Shown: positions 39,279 to 48,741, counted from the stretch's first letter. The stretch is 64,000 bases of DNA from an uncultured virus (IMG/VR IMGVR_UViG_3300031689_000528) (IMGVR_UViG_3300031689_000528), one strand, 5' to 3'. Made by a program: numbers and translations. Notes: generated by a model from the letters alone, not told the origin.

Positions 39279-40035
39279 TTATTTCTCCTATTAAGAGGTT
39301 GGTTATTGCTTGATGTCCTTTTTCGTTAGGGTGGTCATCTTGGTCAGATACTATAAGGCCTCTTTCTTCCATTTGTATTCCGTCTCTACCTAAAACATGA
39401 CCGATCATGTTAAAACCACCTAGTCTATCATATTTTTCTTGTAAACCAGGCCAACCTATAAAGTTATTTATATGTTTATTATACTTGCCTATTATTTCTA
39501 ATAATTTTTCCTCATCTTTAAGTGGATCACCTGGATATTTCATTCTATCCTCGTTTGTCATATTATGAAGTAATCTATCCGATTCTGTAGGTTTTAATCC
39601 TTTTAAATATGATTCAAACAGATCACCCATTTGAAAATGATAATATGGCAGGTTGTAGTTTTCACACATCATCTGAAAACTTAAATATGTTCTTAAACTT
39701 TTAGTTACCCAACCTAACAAGTCTCCATCTTGATCAGTTCTTTTAGAGTGCCAACTGCCTAGCCAGCCTGTTTGCCAATCTTTTCTAAATGATTGTGACC
39801 AAGCAGCTATAACTAATCCTATTTCTTCTTTAGGTGTTTTTACTATCTCATCTAATATAGTATCGTGAATGTATTGATTACCTGCTCCACTTTTCGCAAC
39901 GCAAACAAGTTCCATACCTAAATGTTTTGCAAGAAGTTCAGGCCATTTTGGCCATGAAAAGTCCCATGTAGGGTGACATATAGACCTAAATGCTAGGTCT
40001 GTACAACTATCTCCACTAACTATTAATTTTTTCAT
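39262..40035 (-). CDS. SGNH/GDSL-like hydrolase or acyltransferase
   Basis: VSGDSCTD, AKSGAGN and DDHPNEKGH motifs; paralog of 9827. Confidence 0.68.
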   Translation of the reverse strand: MKKLIVSGDSCTDLAFRSICHPTWDFSWPKWPELLAKHLGMELVCVAKSGAGNQYIHDTILDEIVKTPKEEIGLVIAAWSQSFRKDWQTGWLGSWHSKRTDQDGDLLGWVTKSLRTYLSFQMMCENYNLPYYHFQMGDLFESYLKGLKPTESDRLLHNMTNEDRMKYPGDPLKDEEKLLEIIGKYNKHINNFIGWPGLQEKYDRLGGFNMIGHVLGRDGIQMEERGLIVSDQDDHPNEKGHQAITNLLIGEINVKNI

Positions 40036-40324
40036 AGAATAATTTGTTAAATGCTATTTTAAGTTTATGTTTAGGTTCTTCTTTAAAGTTCAAAGGACCG
40101 TAATCATATTCAGGCATTAAGTAAGTCTTCTCAACAATATACTCATACACTGGTTCATGTTCTTTGTCAATTAATGTTTCGTCAAAGATGTCACTAGTAC
40201 CTAATGCTCTTTTCATCATTTGACAAGTTTTAATAAGATTATGATCGGTTATAGGAACAGGATTTTCGTTACTGTCAATATAACTAATTTGATCTAATTC
40301 TGTGTTTGCTATTATTTCAATCAT
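40016..40324 (-). CDS. Hypothetical protein
   Basis: 102-aa ORF coupled on both sides within the operon. Confidence 0.6.
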   Translation of the reverse strand: MIEIIANTELDQISYIDSNENPVPITDHNLIKTCQMMKRALGTSDIFDETLIDKEHEPVYEYIVEKTYLMPEYDYGPLNFKEEPKHKLKIAFNKLFYEKINS

Positions 40325-41391
40325 AGGTTATTTAATATTGTATTGCATACATCTTTTACTTCTTCATCTTTCATAAATGGGTGTATTGGTAATGTTAATA
40401 CAGAGCTACTAACTAGTTTACTATTTTTACAGTTATCACTTCTATGTTCTATGTTTTTATACATAGGTCTTTCCGAAATAAGTTTTTCATAATGAATATT
40501 AGCACCTAGTTTTCCTTTTATTCTATCTCTTGCCTCATTAGCTTCAACTGGATCTCCTTCATCAAATCTTATAACGTATTTATGATATGTATGATTCAGA
40601 CCATTTGTTGTTTCTTGTACAGCTACATAACCTTTTAGTTCATCATCATATTTTTTTGCTATTATTTGTTTAGCCTCAATATACTGATCTAATTTTTTTA
40701 ATCTATAATCAATAAATTTTGCATTAAAGAATAACATTTTAGAATTATATCCTAGTATCTCATGGTTACCGTGTTTTCTTAACTTGATACACATATCAGC
40801 ATGTTCTTTATTATCTGTTAATACAATTCCACCACCAGCAATACCACCAATAGTTTTGTTTGCATTGAAACTTATAGTACTAAAATCTCCTTGTGTACCT
40901 GCTTTTACACCATTAAGACTTGACCCTATGGCCTGAGCTGCGTCTTCTACAAAGTATATATTTTTCTCTTTACAAAATTTTAATATTTCTGCTATATCTG
41001 TCATACTGCCAAACAAATGTGGATAGATAATTGCTTTTACTTTATCTGAATACATTTTTTTAATACTATCAAGAGTCATATGATAAGAGTATGGGTCTAT
41101 ATCACAAAATACAGGTGTTGCACCTACCATAGATATACAAGACGCTGTTGATATCCAAGAGAAGTTGGTTGTTATTACTTCATCGCCTGGTTTTATACCT
41201 AGACATTTTAGAGAAAACATTAAGGCGTCTGTACCATTTTGACATGCTACGGCATATTTTCTACCTACTATATCTGTAACTGTTTTTTCCAGAAACTCTA
41301 TGTTTTGTTCCTGATTTTCTTTCATGCATTCATCAAAGAGTTTAGTATAATTCTCTTTGTCTTCAGCATATTCATATTTCCATGCGTCCAT
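40321..41391 (-). CDS. DegT/DnrJ/EryC1/StrS PLP-dependent sugar aminotransferase
   Basis: NGTDAL, GDEVIT, GATPVFCDI, EDAAQAIG, SFNANKTIG, GYNS and LTLPIHP motifs. Confidence 0.93.
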   Translation of the reverse strand: MDAWKYEYAEDKENYTKLFDECMKENQEQNIEFLEKTVTDIVGRKYAVACQNGTDALMFSLKCLGIKPGDEVITTNFSWISTASCISMVGATPVFCDIDPYSYHMTLDSIKKMYSDKVKAIIYPHLFGSMTDIAEILKFCKEKNIYFVEDAAQAIGSSLNGVKAGTQGDFSTISFNANKTIGGIAGGGIVLTDNKEHADMCIKLRKHGNHEILGYNSKMLFFNAKFIDYRLKKLDQYIEAKQIIAKKYDDELKGYVAVQETTNGLNHTYHKYVIRFDEGDPVEANEARDRIKGKLGANIHYEKLISERPMYKNIEHRSDNCKNSKLVSSSVLTLPIHPFMKDEEVKDVCNTILNNL

Positions 41392-41756
41392 TATTTCTCC
41401 TCTACCATTTTCTTTACTCCATTTTCATAAACAGTTTCAACCTTTATCTTATCATCTTTAGCCCTTGCTTGGCAATGGTGTAAACAAGTTTGATTGATTT
41501 TTTCTAAATTGTCTCCTTTATCTCTAGCCTGGACTAGATCATCTTCAAAAGCTTGCCATTGTTTAGTGTCTAGTATATTGTCTATACTTTTATAATCTTT
41601 AAGTTTACTAATAGAGTAAATTTCTTTAAATAGTTCACTCTTTGTAGTCTTCGGGTGATCACACCAACAACATGGTAATAAGTGACCTCTATTGTCTATT
41701 GCCAAAGGCATTGGTTTCTCACCATTTATAGGTAAACATTTAGGATTTAATTTCAT
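41391..41756 (-). CDS. Stand-alone SPASM-like Fe-S domain protein
   Basis: PKCLP..LAIDNRGHLLPCCWCD...CLHHC. Confidence 0.7.
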   Translation of the reverse strand: MKLNPKCLPINGEKPMPLAIDNRGHLLPCCWCDHPKTTKSELFKEIYSISKLKDYKSIDNILDTKQWQAFEDDLVQARDKGDNLEKINQTCLHHCQARAKDDKIKVETVYENGVKKMVEEK

Positions 41757-42369
41757 ATACTGCGTTTTTTGATATTAATGCTTTTGTAGGTTTAAGAGGA
41801 TCATCATTTGTTAACCATCTTGATGATTCTGTTAACATAAAATTTATTCCGTTATTATTTGCCATTTTTTTACAAGTCTCAATATCGTTTTCATTATAAC
41901 TAAATCTAATACATTGCCATACAGGTGTACTTAATAAATGTTTAGTCGCCTCTTTCATTATCTCAAACATCTTAACACCATCTTGATTCTTCCTGTATTT
42001 ATGACTGTCTTTAGGTAGACCATCACAGGCGAATATCCATACTGCTTTAGGATTTGCCTGCCAAGATTTAATATACCATGACATAGGTTTAGCTGTAGCT
42101 GCATTATGAACAAATACCTCTGGCACATCTTTTAGTTGAGACATTATATCATTAAATTTAGGGTGATGTACTGGATCCGATAACTGTCCACAAAATGCAA
42201 CTTCTTTAAAATGTTTTGCTATCATGTCTATCTCAACAGCGCTTAGATCACGTCCATGGGGTACCAAACCATAGTTGGTAAACGATGTTTGTCTTTGGCA
42301 GTTAGGACATTCTAAAGGACATCTATGTGTCACATCTAAATTTAATCTACTATTTTTTTTAAATGACAT
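41740..42369 (-). CDS. Radical SAM protein (short core)
   Basis: HRCPLECPNCQRQ, FCGQLSDP and FACDG..YRKNQ motifs. Confidence 0.85.
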   Translation of the reverse strand: MSFKKNSRLNLDVTHRCPLECPNCQRQTSFTNYGLVPHGRDLSAVEIDMIAKHFKEVAFCGQLSDPVHHPKFNDIMSQLKDVPEVFVHNAATAKPMSWYIKSWQANPKAVWIFACDGLPKDSHKYRKNQDGVKMFEIMKEATKHLLSTPVWQCIRFSYNENDIETCKKMANNNGINFMLTESSRWLTNDDPLKPTKALISKNAVYEIKS

Positions 42370-42752
42370 TACTTTGTATCTTTTTTTAATTCTTTTCCGT
42401 CTCTATATGTTGTTTCTACCTTTATCTTATCTTCCTTTTCTCTTACCTTACAGTGGTGAATACATACACCATTGATCTTATTAAGATTATCTCCTACGTC
42501 TCTAGCTCTAACTAAATCATTTTCAAATTCTTTCCATTCTGGTTGATCCATTAATTGTTCAACTGTATCAAAATTTTCAAGTTTACTTACATCATATATC
42601 TTTTTAAATCTTTCACTATTAGTAACTGCCCTTTCGTCACACCAACAACAAGGTAATATGTAACCTCTATTGTTTATTGCCAATGGCATAGATATGTAAT
42701 TAGGGTCGTCTGGATTAGGAAGACAACGAGGTCTTAATTTAATATTCTTCAT
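42369..42752 (-). CDS. Stand-alone SPASM-like Fe-S domain protein
   Basis: PRCLP..LAINNRGYILPCCWCD...CIHHC. Confidence 0.7.
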   Translation of the reverse strand: MKNIKLRPRCLPNPDDPNYISMPLAINNRGYILPCCWCDERAVTNSERFKKIYDVSKLENFDTVEQLMDQPEWKEFENDLVRARDVGDNLNKINGVCIHHCKVREKEDKIKVETTYRDGKELKKDTK

Positions 42753-43404
42753 ATTTCCTTCTACCTTCTAATTTATCTTTTAATGTTTGTTTATATTTAC
42801 CTGTCGGTCTAAATGGATCAGGTTTTCCGTCTCTATCTTTCCATCTGGAAGATTGTGTTAGTAGAAAATCTATTCCATTACTATTGGCCATGTTCTTAGC
42901 TTCTTCTATATCATTTTCGTTATAGTTAAATATTATGTATTGCCATATTGGTATTACTTTTAAATGTTTAACAGACTCCTTCATTATCTCAAACATTTTT
43001 TCTCCATCTTGGTTTTTTCTATACTTGTGGCTATCTTTTGGTAAACCATCACACGCAAAAGTCCATAGAGCATTTGGATTTGCTTTCCAAGATTTAATAT
43101 ACCATGCCATAGGTTTTGCTGTAGAGGCATTGTGTACTAAAACTTCAGGTATTTCAAGATCATGTAGTCTTTGTAGTATTTGAGGAAATTTAGGGTGGTG
43201 TATAGGGTCAGATAACTGACCACAGAAAGTAAAAGACTTAAAGTGTATTGCTAGTTTTTCTATTTCTATCATTGTCAAGTCACGACCATGAGGTACTTTA
43301 CCTCTAAATGTAAAAGCAGTTTGTCTTTGACAATTAGGACATTCAAGAGGACATCTATGGGAAGAGTCTACGTTTATCGTTGTTCTAGTTTTAAAGTATG
43401 TCAT
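42739..43404 (-). CDS. Radical SAM protein (short core)
   Basis: HRCPLECPNCQRQ, FCGQLSDP and WQYIIFNYNE motifs. Confidence 0.85.
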   Translation of the reverse strand: MTYFKTRTTINVDSSHRCPLECPNCQRQTAFTFRGKVPHGRDLTMIEIEKLAIHFKSFTFCGQLSDPIHHPKFPQILQRLHDLEIPEVLVHNASTAKPMAWYIKSWKANPNALWTFACDGLPKDSHKYRKNQDGEKMFEIMKESVKHLKVIPIWQYIIFNYNENDIEEAKNMANSNGIDFLLTQSSRWKDRDGKPDPFRPTGKYKQTLKDKLEGRRKYEEY

Positions 43405-44260
43405 TCATTGCCTTTATAATTACTTCTATGTTTGGTCTATTAACTGGATCAGTAAGACAGTTGGCAGGTCTTTTGTAGTAAACAGGTCCTGCGTCTTTAA
43501 TATTTTTATCTCTTACATATACAAAGTTCATTCCGAAGAAACGACACTCTTGCATTAATCTTGGTGCCGGATCAAATGTATGTTTAGTATAAACGTAAGT
43601 ATCAAACATACCTAGTAAATTTTTTACAGGTACAAATATGTGATTTAGATTATGATCTATGTACTTATCTTTGTATGCCAATATACCATGATTTTGGTAT
43701 TTGTGAATATGTTTCTTTAGTTCAGTGTAATAACTTTCATTTGTACCTAAAAATAGATACTTAAACTTAACATCTTTAACTATAGGTTTATATACACTGT
43801 AATTAATAATCTTTTCAAATTGTCTACCTATGCCATTAACATATACCTCATGGTCGCATAAGTCAATTACTTTTTCTGGTTTAAAAAATTCTAGTGCTAA
43901 AGGATATTCTTTTGGGTGGTTTTCTGAATATACTGATATAAGAGGTTTCTTAAATAACAAACGTAAAGTTAATTGTGTATCTTTATCATAATCTTTGATA
44001 CTCTTATATGCTAGAGTTATCATACTTCTACCCATAATTAAATTTACATCAGCTTCTTCATAATCAAAATATACATTTTTCATATGTATATATTTTTCTG
44101 TTAAAGCTTCAATGTATGTTTCCTTGGTAAATTTGTAGTGAGGTATAATTATAAGTTTTGCGTTGATACCTAGATCATTTAGATATTGTACTTGTTCAAA
44201 GCTATAATGCATTAATCCGTCACCTGGTTTACTAGTCACCACTATATTCAATCTCATCAT
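43391..44260 (-). CDS. Hypothetical protein, possibly GT-B glycosyltransferase-like
   Basis: First gene of the minus-strand operon. KPGDGL N-terminal loop and FDPAPRLMQEC weakly resemble GT-B motifs; start placed at MMRL because the promoter overlaps 44266. Confidence 0.45.
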   Translation of the reverse strand: MMRLNIVVTSKPGDGLMHYSFEQVQYLNDLGINAKLIIIPHYKFTKETYIEALTEKYIHMKNVYFDYEEADVNLIMGRSMITLAYKSIKDYDKDTQLTLRLLFKKPLISVYSENHPKEYPLALEFFKPEKVIDLCDHEVYVNGIGRQFEKIINYSVYKPIVKDVKFKYLFLGTNESYYTELKKHIHKYQNHGILAYKDKYIDHNLNHIFVPVKNLLGMFDTYVYTKHTFDPAPRLMQECRFFGMNFVYVRDKNIKDAGPVYYKRPANCLTDPVNRPNIEVIIKAMNDIL

Positions 44261-44265
44261 ACGCA

Positions 44266-44286
44266 TATTTATAACACTTATAAATA
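44266..44286. promoter_or_regulatory. Divergent late-promoter pair
   Basis: TATTTATA at 44266-44273 (minus) and TATAAATA at 44279-44286 (plus). Confidence 0.75.
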
Positions 44287-44308
44287 ATGGATATAGAATG
44301 GAGGTCTA

Positions 44309-44464
44309 ATGACAATAAAACAAAAACATAAAGACTTAAAGACTAAAGTAATTAAAGCAGAGACAAAAAGAGAATTGAGACGAGGTCCTACAAGTTGGTT
44401 TGACCTACGTATGTTAAAGAAACTAAAATTACAAATGAAAGACAAATTAAAATTATCTAAATGA
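44309..44464 (+). CDS. 51-aa DUF465/YdcH-like small coiled-coil protein (not in ORF track)
   Basis: GGAGG RBS; MTIKQKHKDLK...LRMLKKLKLQMKDKL; ATGA overlap with the next gene. Confidence 0.65.
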   Translation: MTIKQKHKDLKTKVIKAETKRELRRGPTSWFDLRMLKKLKLQMKDKLKLSK

Positions 44465-44916
44465 TTAAATTTCAATATGATTTAGAAAAGATTAAGAAAG
44501 AGTTGGAATCTTTACCAGATTATAACAAACAGTTATATCTGCAAGGTCACTCTAAAGATATGGATCCTGAAGAAGGAGCTGGCAAAGGTTATGATATAGA
44601 CAGTAGCGAACACACATATACTATTCCATTATTTGATATACCTTACATCAATAGTATAATGGAAGAACATAAACTTACTAGAACAAGATTAATGAGAATG
44701 AAACCTAAAGCATGTTATCTTTGGCACAATGATTTAACAAAAAGATTACACATACCAATTGTTACAAATGATCATTGTTTTTTATTATTAGACAGTGATA
44801 GAATACACATACCAGCGACAGGCGAGGCATATGTAATAGATACTACTAAATTTCATACAGCATTAAACTGCTCAAAGGAAAATCGTATTCATATTGTTGG
44901 AGGACTACCTTACTAA
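44461..44916 (+). CDS. Aspartyl/asparaginyl beta-hydroxylase-like 2OG-Fe(II) dioxygenase
   Basis: RTRLM, WHND (HxD), RLHIPIVTN, HTALN and RIHIV motifs. Confidence 0.8.
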   Translation: MIKFQYDLEKIKKELESLPDYNKQLYLQGHSKDMDPEEGAGKGYDIDSSEHTYTIPLFDIPYINSIMEEHKLTRTRLMRMKPKACYLWHNDLTKRLHIPIVTNDHCFLLLDSDRIHIPATGEAYVIDTTKFHTALNCSKENRIHIVGGLPY

Positions 44917-46202
44917 TGTTATATGACGCTCTTATAACTTCACTACCAGGAATGGATAAAAGTAAACCTGCACCTGGTCCTTCTTTTTTAAAAGGATATT
45001 TAGAGACACAAGGATTTAAAATCAAAGTTATAGATGGCAATCAGTTAGATACTTTAGATAATATTCATAAAGAAATTGCAAAATATGATTTCAGATGGCT
45101 AGGTATATCTGTATTCTCTTATGAACAAAAAGATGACGCCTTAAAATTAGGTGAAAGATATGAAAATGTATTGTATGGTGGATCGGGTGTAGATATAGCA
45201 TGGCCATCAAAATATTATATTACAGGAGAAGGAGAGTACGCCTTTGTAGAATTTTTAAATAACAATTTTGATTATCCTGGCATTAACGGAAAACAACCAA
45301 AACAAATAGAAGACATAGAGTCATTACCACCACCTGATTATTCAGACGTAATACAACAACATAACTATCGTAAATTTGTAATATCTGGTTCTAGAGGTTG
45401 CGTTAGAAATTGTACCTTTTGTGATGTTGCAAGTATATGGCCTAAATTTAGATGGAAGACAGGTAAGAAGATAGCAGACGAAATGCACCACGTATCAGAA
45501 ACTACAGGTGGAAACAAAATACATTTTTCAGACTCTTTAGTTAACGGATCAATGAAACACTTTAGGGATTTGTGTGCTGAGTTAGCTACTAGACCTAAAA
45601 AGATTAAATGGGAAGGACAGTTTATCGTTAGAGCAGAAAAAACTTTCTCTAAACAGGACTTTGATAACTTAGCCAACTCTGGTTGTAATGGTTTAGAAAT
45701 GGGTATAGAGGCAGGTAATGAAGAAGTTAGAGATCATATGAAAAAGAAGTTTACCAATGAAGACATAAAATACTTTGTAACTAATTTAGGTGAACGAAAT
45801 ATTACAATGAAGTTTTTACTTATTGTAGGTTATCCTACGGAAACGGAAAAAATGTTTGAAGATACTCTACAACTAATAAGAGACTATGCAAAGTATTCAC
45901 ATTTAATAAGTATATCACACCATGTTATGATGACCTTTAAAAATACACCATTAGACTTTGAACATAGAGAGTTGTTTGATAGTGAGTTTGGTTTTAAATG
46001 GAAGAATAAAAATTCAGACTTTGATATAAGATTTCAAAGATTTATAAAAGTATATGAGTTAGGCAATGAATTAGGTTATAATTTCCAACAACATTGTATT
46101 GATAAGATAGAGAGATACAAATCCGACAAACTTAATGAAAAAAGAAAGTCTATAGGATTTGCACACCCTAAAGCAAAGAAAACTTTACACGTTCAAAGTT
46201 AA
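44916..46202 (+). CDS. B12-binding-domain radical SAM protein
   Basis: N-terminal PAPGPSFLKGYL..D.N..LGIS..YGG..GEGE B12-binding-like domain; SRGCVRNCTFC; FSDSLVNG; GIEAG; LIVGYPTET. Confidence 0.85.
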   Translation: MLYDALITSLPGMDKSKPAPGPSFLKGYLETQGFKIKVIDGNQLDTLDNIHKEIAKYDFRWLGISVFSYEQKDDALKLGERYENVLYGGSGVDIAWPSKYYITGEGEYAFVEFLNNNFDYPGINGKQPKQIEDIESLPPPDYSDVIQQHNYRKFVISGSRGCVRNCTFCDVASIWPKFRWKTGKKIADEMHHVSETTGGNKIHFSDSLVNGSMKHFRDLCAELATRPKKIKWEGQFIVRAEKTFSKQDFDNLANSGCNGLEMGIEAGNEEVRDHMKKKFTNEDIKYFVTNLGERNITMKFLLIVGYPTETEKMFEDTLQLIRDYAKYSHLISISHHVMMTFKNTPLDFEHRELFDSEFGFKWKNKNSDFDIRFQRFIKVYELGNELGYNFQQHCIDKIERYKSDKLNEKRKSIGFAHPKAKKTLHVQS

Positions 46203-47983
46203 AAGTTCTTTTTTATTCCAAAGTTAAAGTTTCTACCATCTTGGTTATAACCATCTGGTCTTTCATAGTTTTCATCAAAAGCATTATTAAGTTTAGAGTA
46301 TATTAAATAATCTCCAATATATTTTGAAACACCAAAGTCTACTGTTGTAACCTCTGATTTAGGAATAGTAGCATAAGTCACACTATCTATATCTAAATGT
46401 TCTCCATAATAATTTATATTAGATGTTAAATTATAACCTTTGTACTCTGTATAGATACTTGTATTATTAATCCATTTTGGTTTTCTAGTTAAAGATGTTC
46501 CGTTACTTCCTTCAGAAACTATCCAACTTGTATTATTCTTTATGATAAAATTGTTTATATCATAAGTCAATCCCATTTCAGCACCATGACGAGTAGATGT
46601 ACCACTAATATTTTTTATCGTACTGTCTTGGTAGTTTAAAAGATTTTCTATATCAATTTGAAAAATAGCTATATCAATTGATTTAAGATTAGTTTCTTCA
46701 AAATGTTTTTTATATCCTATTTCGTAAGATTTACTTTCTTCAGGTTTTGCATTTTCATTACCTGAAAATCCGTAACCACTTGTACCATACATTTCATATA
46801 ACGTAGGTGCTTTATGACCTGTAGATATAGAACCTCTTATGCCGTTATGTTCAAAACCATATCTATGATTAGTAAAACTACCAAATCTTGATTGATCATC
46901 ATATCTAATACCATAAGTTAAAAAAGTATCATTAATTAAATAGTCAATTGTTCCACTGTAACCATGTAAGTGACTTTTTTTATTAACACTTGGAACATAA
47001 GAACCAATGTTAGTGTTGAAATTAACATCTGTTATTTCATGGTCAAAGCCTGAAGTAAATGATAGATTGTCATTAACAGATTTTGTATTGTCTACATGAA
47101 AAGTTTTTACATTACTTTCATATAAGTCAGTGTCGCCAGATTTAAGATATGATCTTTTATGATCACTATTATTAAATGTAAAGTGAGTATCTTTATCAAA
47201 GTAATTAATTTGTTGGTTTTTAAAATTCCACTCACTAGTGTAAGCTAAGTTATCAGAACCAGAATTATCTAAACTAGAATCATTTTGTTTGTCTATAAAA
47301 ATGGTACCTAAAGTATAACCATTATCTAAAGTAGTTTCTGTATTAAGAAAGTAACTTCTATTATCATAAGGGTCTTTTTCCGCACCTTGAGGATAAACAG
47401 AGATACCATCACTAGTCTCGTCTTCAATTCTAAAGTCTAATATAGTTTTGTGTTCTTCAAGGAATGTTCCTAATTTTATTGTTTTGTTCCATGTGTTATG
47501 AGAACCATAATCTAATGAAATTGAATTTTCATCACTAGCACAGGTTTTCATATTGATAACACCACCAATAGCTTCAGCACCATAAACTGTTCCCATAGGA
47601 CCTTTTATGATTTCTATAGCACAAGTGCCTAATGTTCCGTGTTGTCCGATATCATCTGTACCACCGGTAGTTGATCTATCTTTTATTCCGATACCATTTA
47701 ATGTTATTAATGTATGATCTGAATCTGTTCCTCTGGTAAATGTAGAAGACAGTTGATTTTTAGGACCTGAAGTTACAATATTAAGTGAAGTACTTTCATT
47801 TAAATTTTCAGGACCAATAATGTCATACGAATATGTTTTGTGTTGATGGTCGCTAGCAGTCCTTAATCCATGAATATGGAGGGTGACGACCAAGTTGCCA
47901 TCATCGTCATAGTATGATGGTTTTTCCTCATGTGCTAACGCAACGGTAGAGAAAAGAAGTATTGATAATAGTATTTTATACAT
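46199..47983 (-). CDS. btuB: TonB-dependent outer-membrane receptor, BtuB-like
   Basis: Signal peptide MYKILLSILLFSTVALA; plug motifs SSTFTRGTDSDHTLITLNGI and IEIIKGPMGTVYGAEAIGGVIN; KAPTLYEMY; PEESKSYEIG; NNAFDENYE..GRNF; terminal Phe. Confidence 0.8.
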   Translation of the reverse strand: MYKILLSILLFSTVALAHEEKPSYYDDDGNLVVTLHIHGLRTASDHQHKTYSYDIIGPENLNESTSLNIVTSGPKNQLSSTFTRGTDSDHTLITLNGIGIKDRSTTGGTDDIGQHGTLGTCAIEIIKGPMGTVYGAEAIGGVINMKTCASDENSISLDYGSHNTWNKTIKLGTFLEEHKTILDFRIEDETSDGISVYPQGAEKDPYDNRSYFLNTETTLDNGYTLGTIFIDKQNDSSLDNSGSDNLAYTSEWNFKNQQINYFDKDTHFTFNNSDHKRSYLKSGDTDLYESNVKTFHVDNTKSVNDNLSFTSGFDHEITDVNFNTNIGSYVPSVNKKSHLHGYSGTIDYLINDTFLTYGIRYDDQSRFGSFTNHRYGFEHNGIRGSISTGHKAPTLYEMYGTSGYGFSGNENAKPEESKSYEIGYKKHFEETNLKSIDIAIFQIDIENLLNYQDSTIKNISGTSTRHGAEMGLTYDINNFIIKNNTSWIVSEGSNGTSLTRKPKWINNTSIYTEYKGYNLTSNINYYGEHLDIDSVTYATIPKSEVTTVDFGVSKYIGDYLIYSKLNNAFDENYERPDGYNQDGRNFNFGIKKNF

Positions 47984-48336
47984 AGTTTTCCAATTATTAC
48001 ACATATTAAAGTTGAAACCAGTAAATTAAAATCAAATGGTATAGCCATAATATACGTTGTTAATAAATCGCCACCTGATTTATACCAGACAGCATAGTTA
48101 ATAAGAACATGCCATGTCATTACACCTACAAAAGTAGCATAGATTTCATTTTTAATAAATTTACTCGCAAGAACGAATAAGCACATACACCCATAAACAG
48201 GTATCATTAAAGAATGAAAGCCGATGAAAATATCCTTTATTAACAGAAAAGTCATTGGTAAAAGATATTGTATATAACGATTATTTGTAAGACTAGGTAA
48301 TAATATAGCAATAGCAAATAAAGGTGTCACATTCAT
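47935..48336 (-). CDS. Small integral membrane protein, DUF6580/ECF S-component-like putative transporter
   Basis: Multi-TM; MNVTPLFAIA, IKDIFIGFH..PVY, W..L.NYAVW and TYIMAIPF pattern; overlaps the btuB start. Confidence 0.6.
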   Translation of the reverse strand: MNVTPLFAIAILLPSLTNNRYIQYLLPMTFLLIKDIFIGFHSLMIPVYGCMCLFVLASKFIKNEIYATFVGVMTWHVLINYAVWYKSGGDLLTTYIMAIPFDFNLLVSTLICVIIGKLCIKYYYQYFFSLPLR

Positions 48337-48344
48337 ATTGTATC

Positions 48345-48394
48345 TATTTATACACTATTTTAAATTAAAAGGCAACCTTGAGGTCATATAAATA
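48345..48394. promoter_or_regulatory. Divergent late-promoter pair
   Basis: TATTTATA at 48345-48352 (minus, towards the membrane protein and btuB) and TATAAATA at 48387-48394 (plus). Confidence 0.72.
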
Positions 48395-48399
48395 ACTGT

Positions 48400-48741
48400 A
48401 TGGCTGGAATAGCAAACTTAACTATAGACCAAGGGTCTAATTTTACATACGATTTAGAAGTAACTAATAGTGATGGTACAGATTTTGATCTTACTGGATT
48501 TACGATGGTTGCTAAAATGTCTAAAGGTTATTCCTCTACATATCCTAGAACAGTTTTTACATGTTCAGTATCACAACCAACCGAGGGTGTCGTTACTATA
48601 AGTTTAACTGCTGATCAAACGAAAGCTTTAAAGGCAGGTCGTCACGTATTTGACGTAGTTGCTACTCATTCGGATAGTACTGTAACTCGTTTACTAGAGG
48701 GAATTGTTATTGTAACTCCCTCTGTAGTTCTTTCTTTTTAA
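48400..48741 (+). CDS. Small beta-rich virion-associated protein (hypothetical)
   Basis: ANLTIDQGSNF, DLTG, ISLTADQT, GRHVFDV and RLLEG.V.VTP pattern, common next to fibre genes in T4-like phages. Confidence 0.65.
   Translation: MAGIANLTIDQGSNFTYDLEVTNSDGTDFDLTGFTMVAKMSKGYSSTYPRTVFTCSVSQPTEGVVTISLTADQTKALKAGRHVFDVVATHSDSTVTRLLEGIVIVTPSVVLSF

Noticed and set aside
48337..48399. Cobalamin riboswitch upstream of the btuB-like unit
   Set aside because: The gap is only about 60 bp, AT-rich, occupied by late-promoter boxes, and lacks a B12-box.
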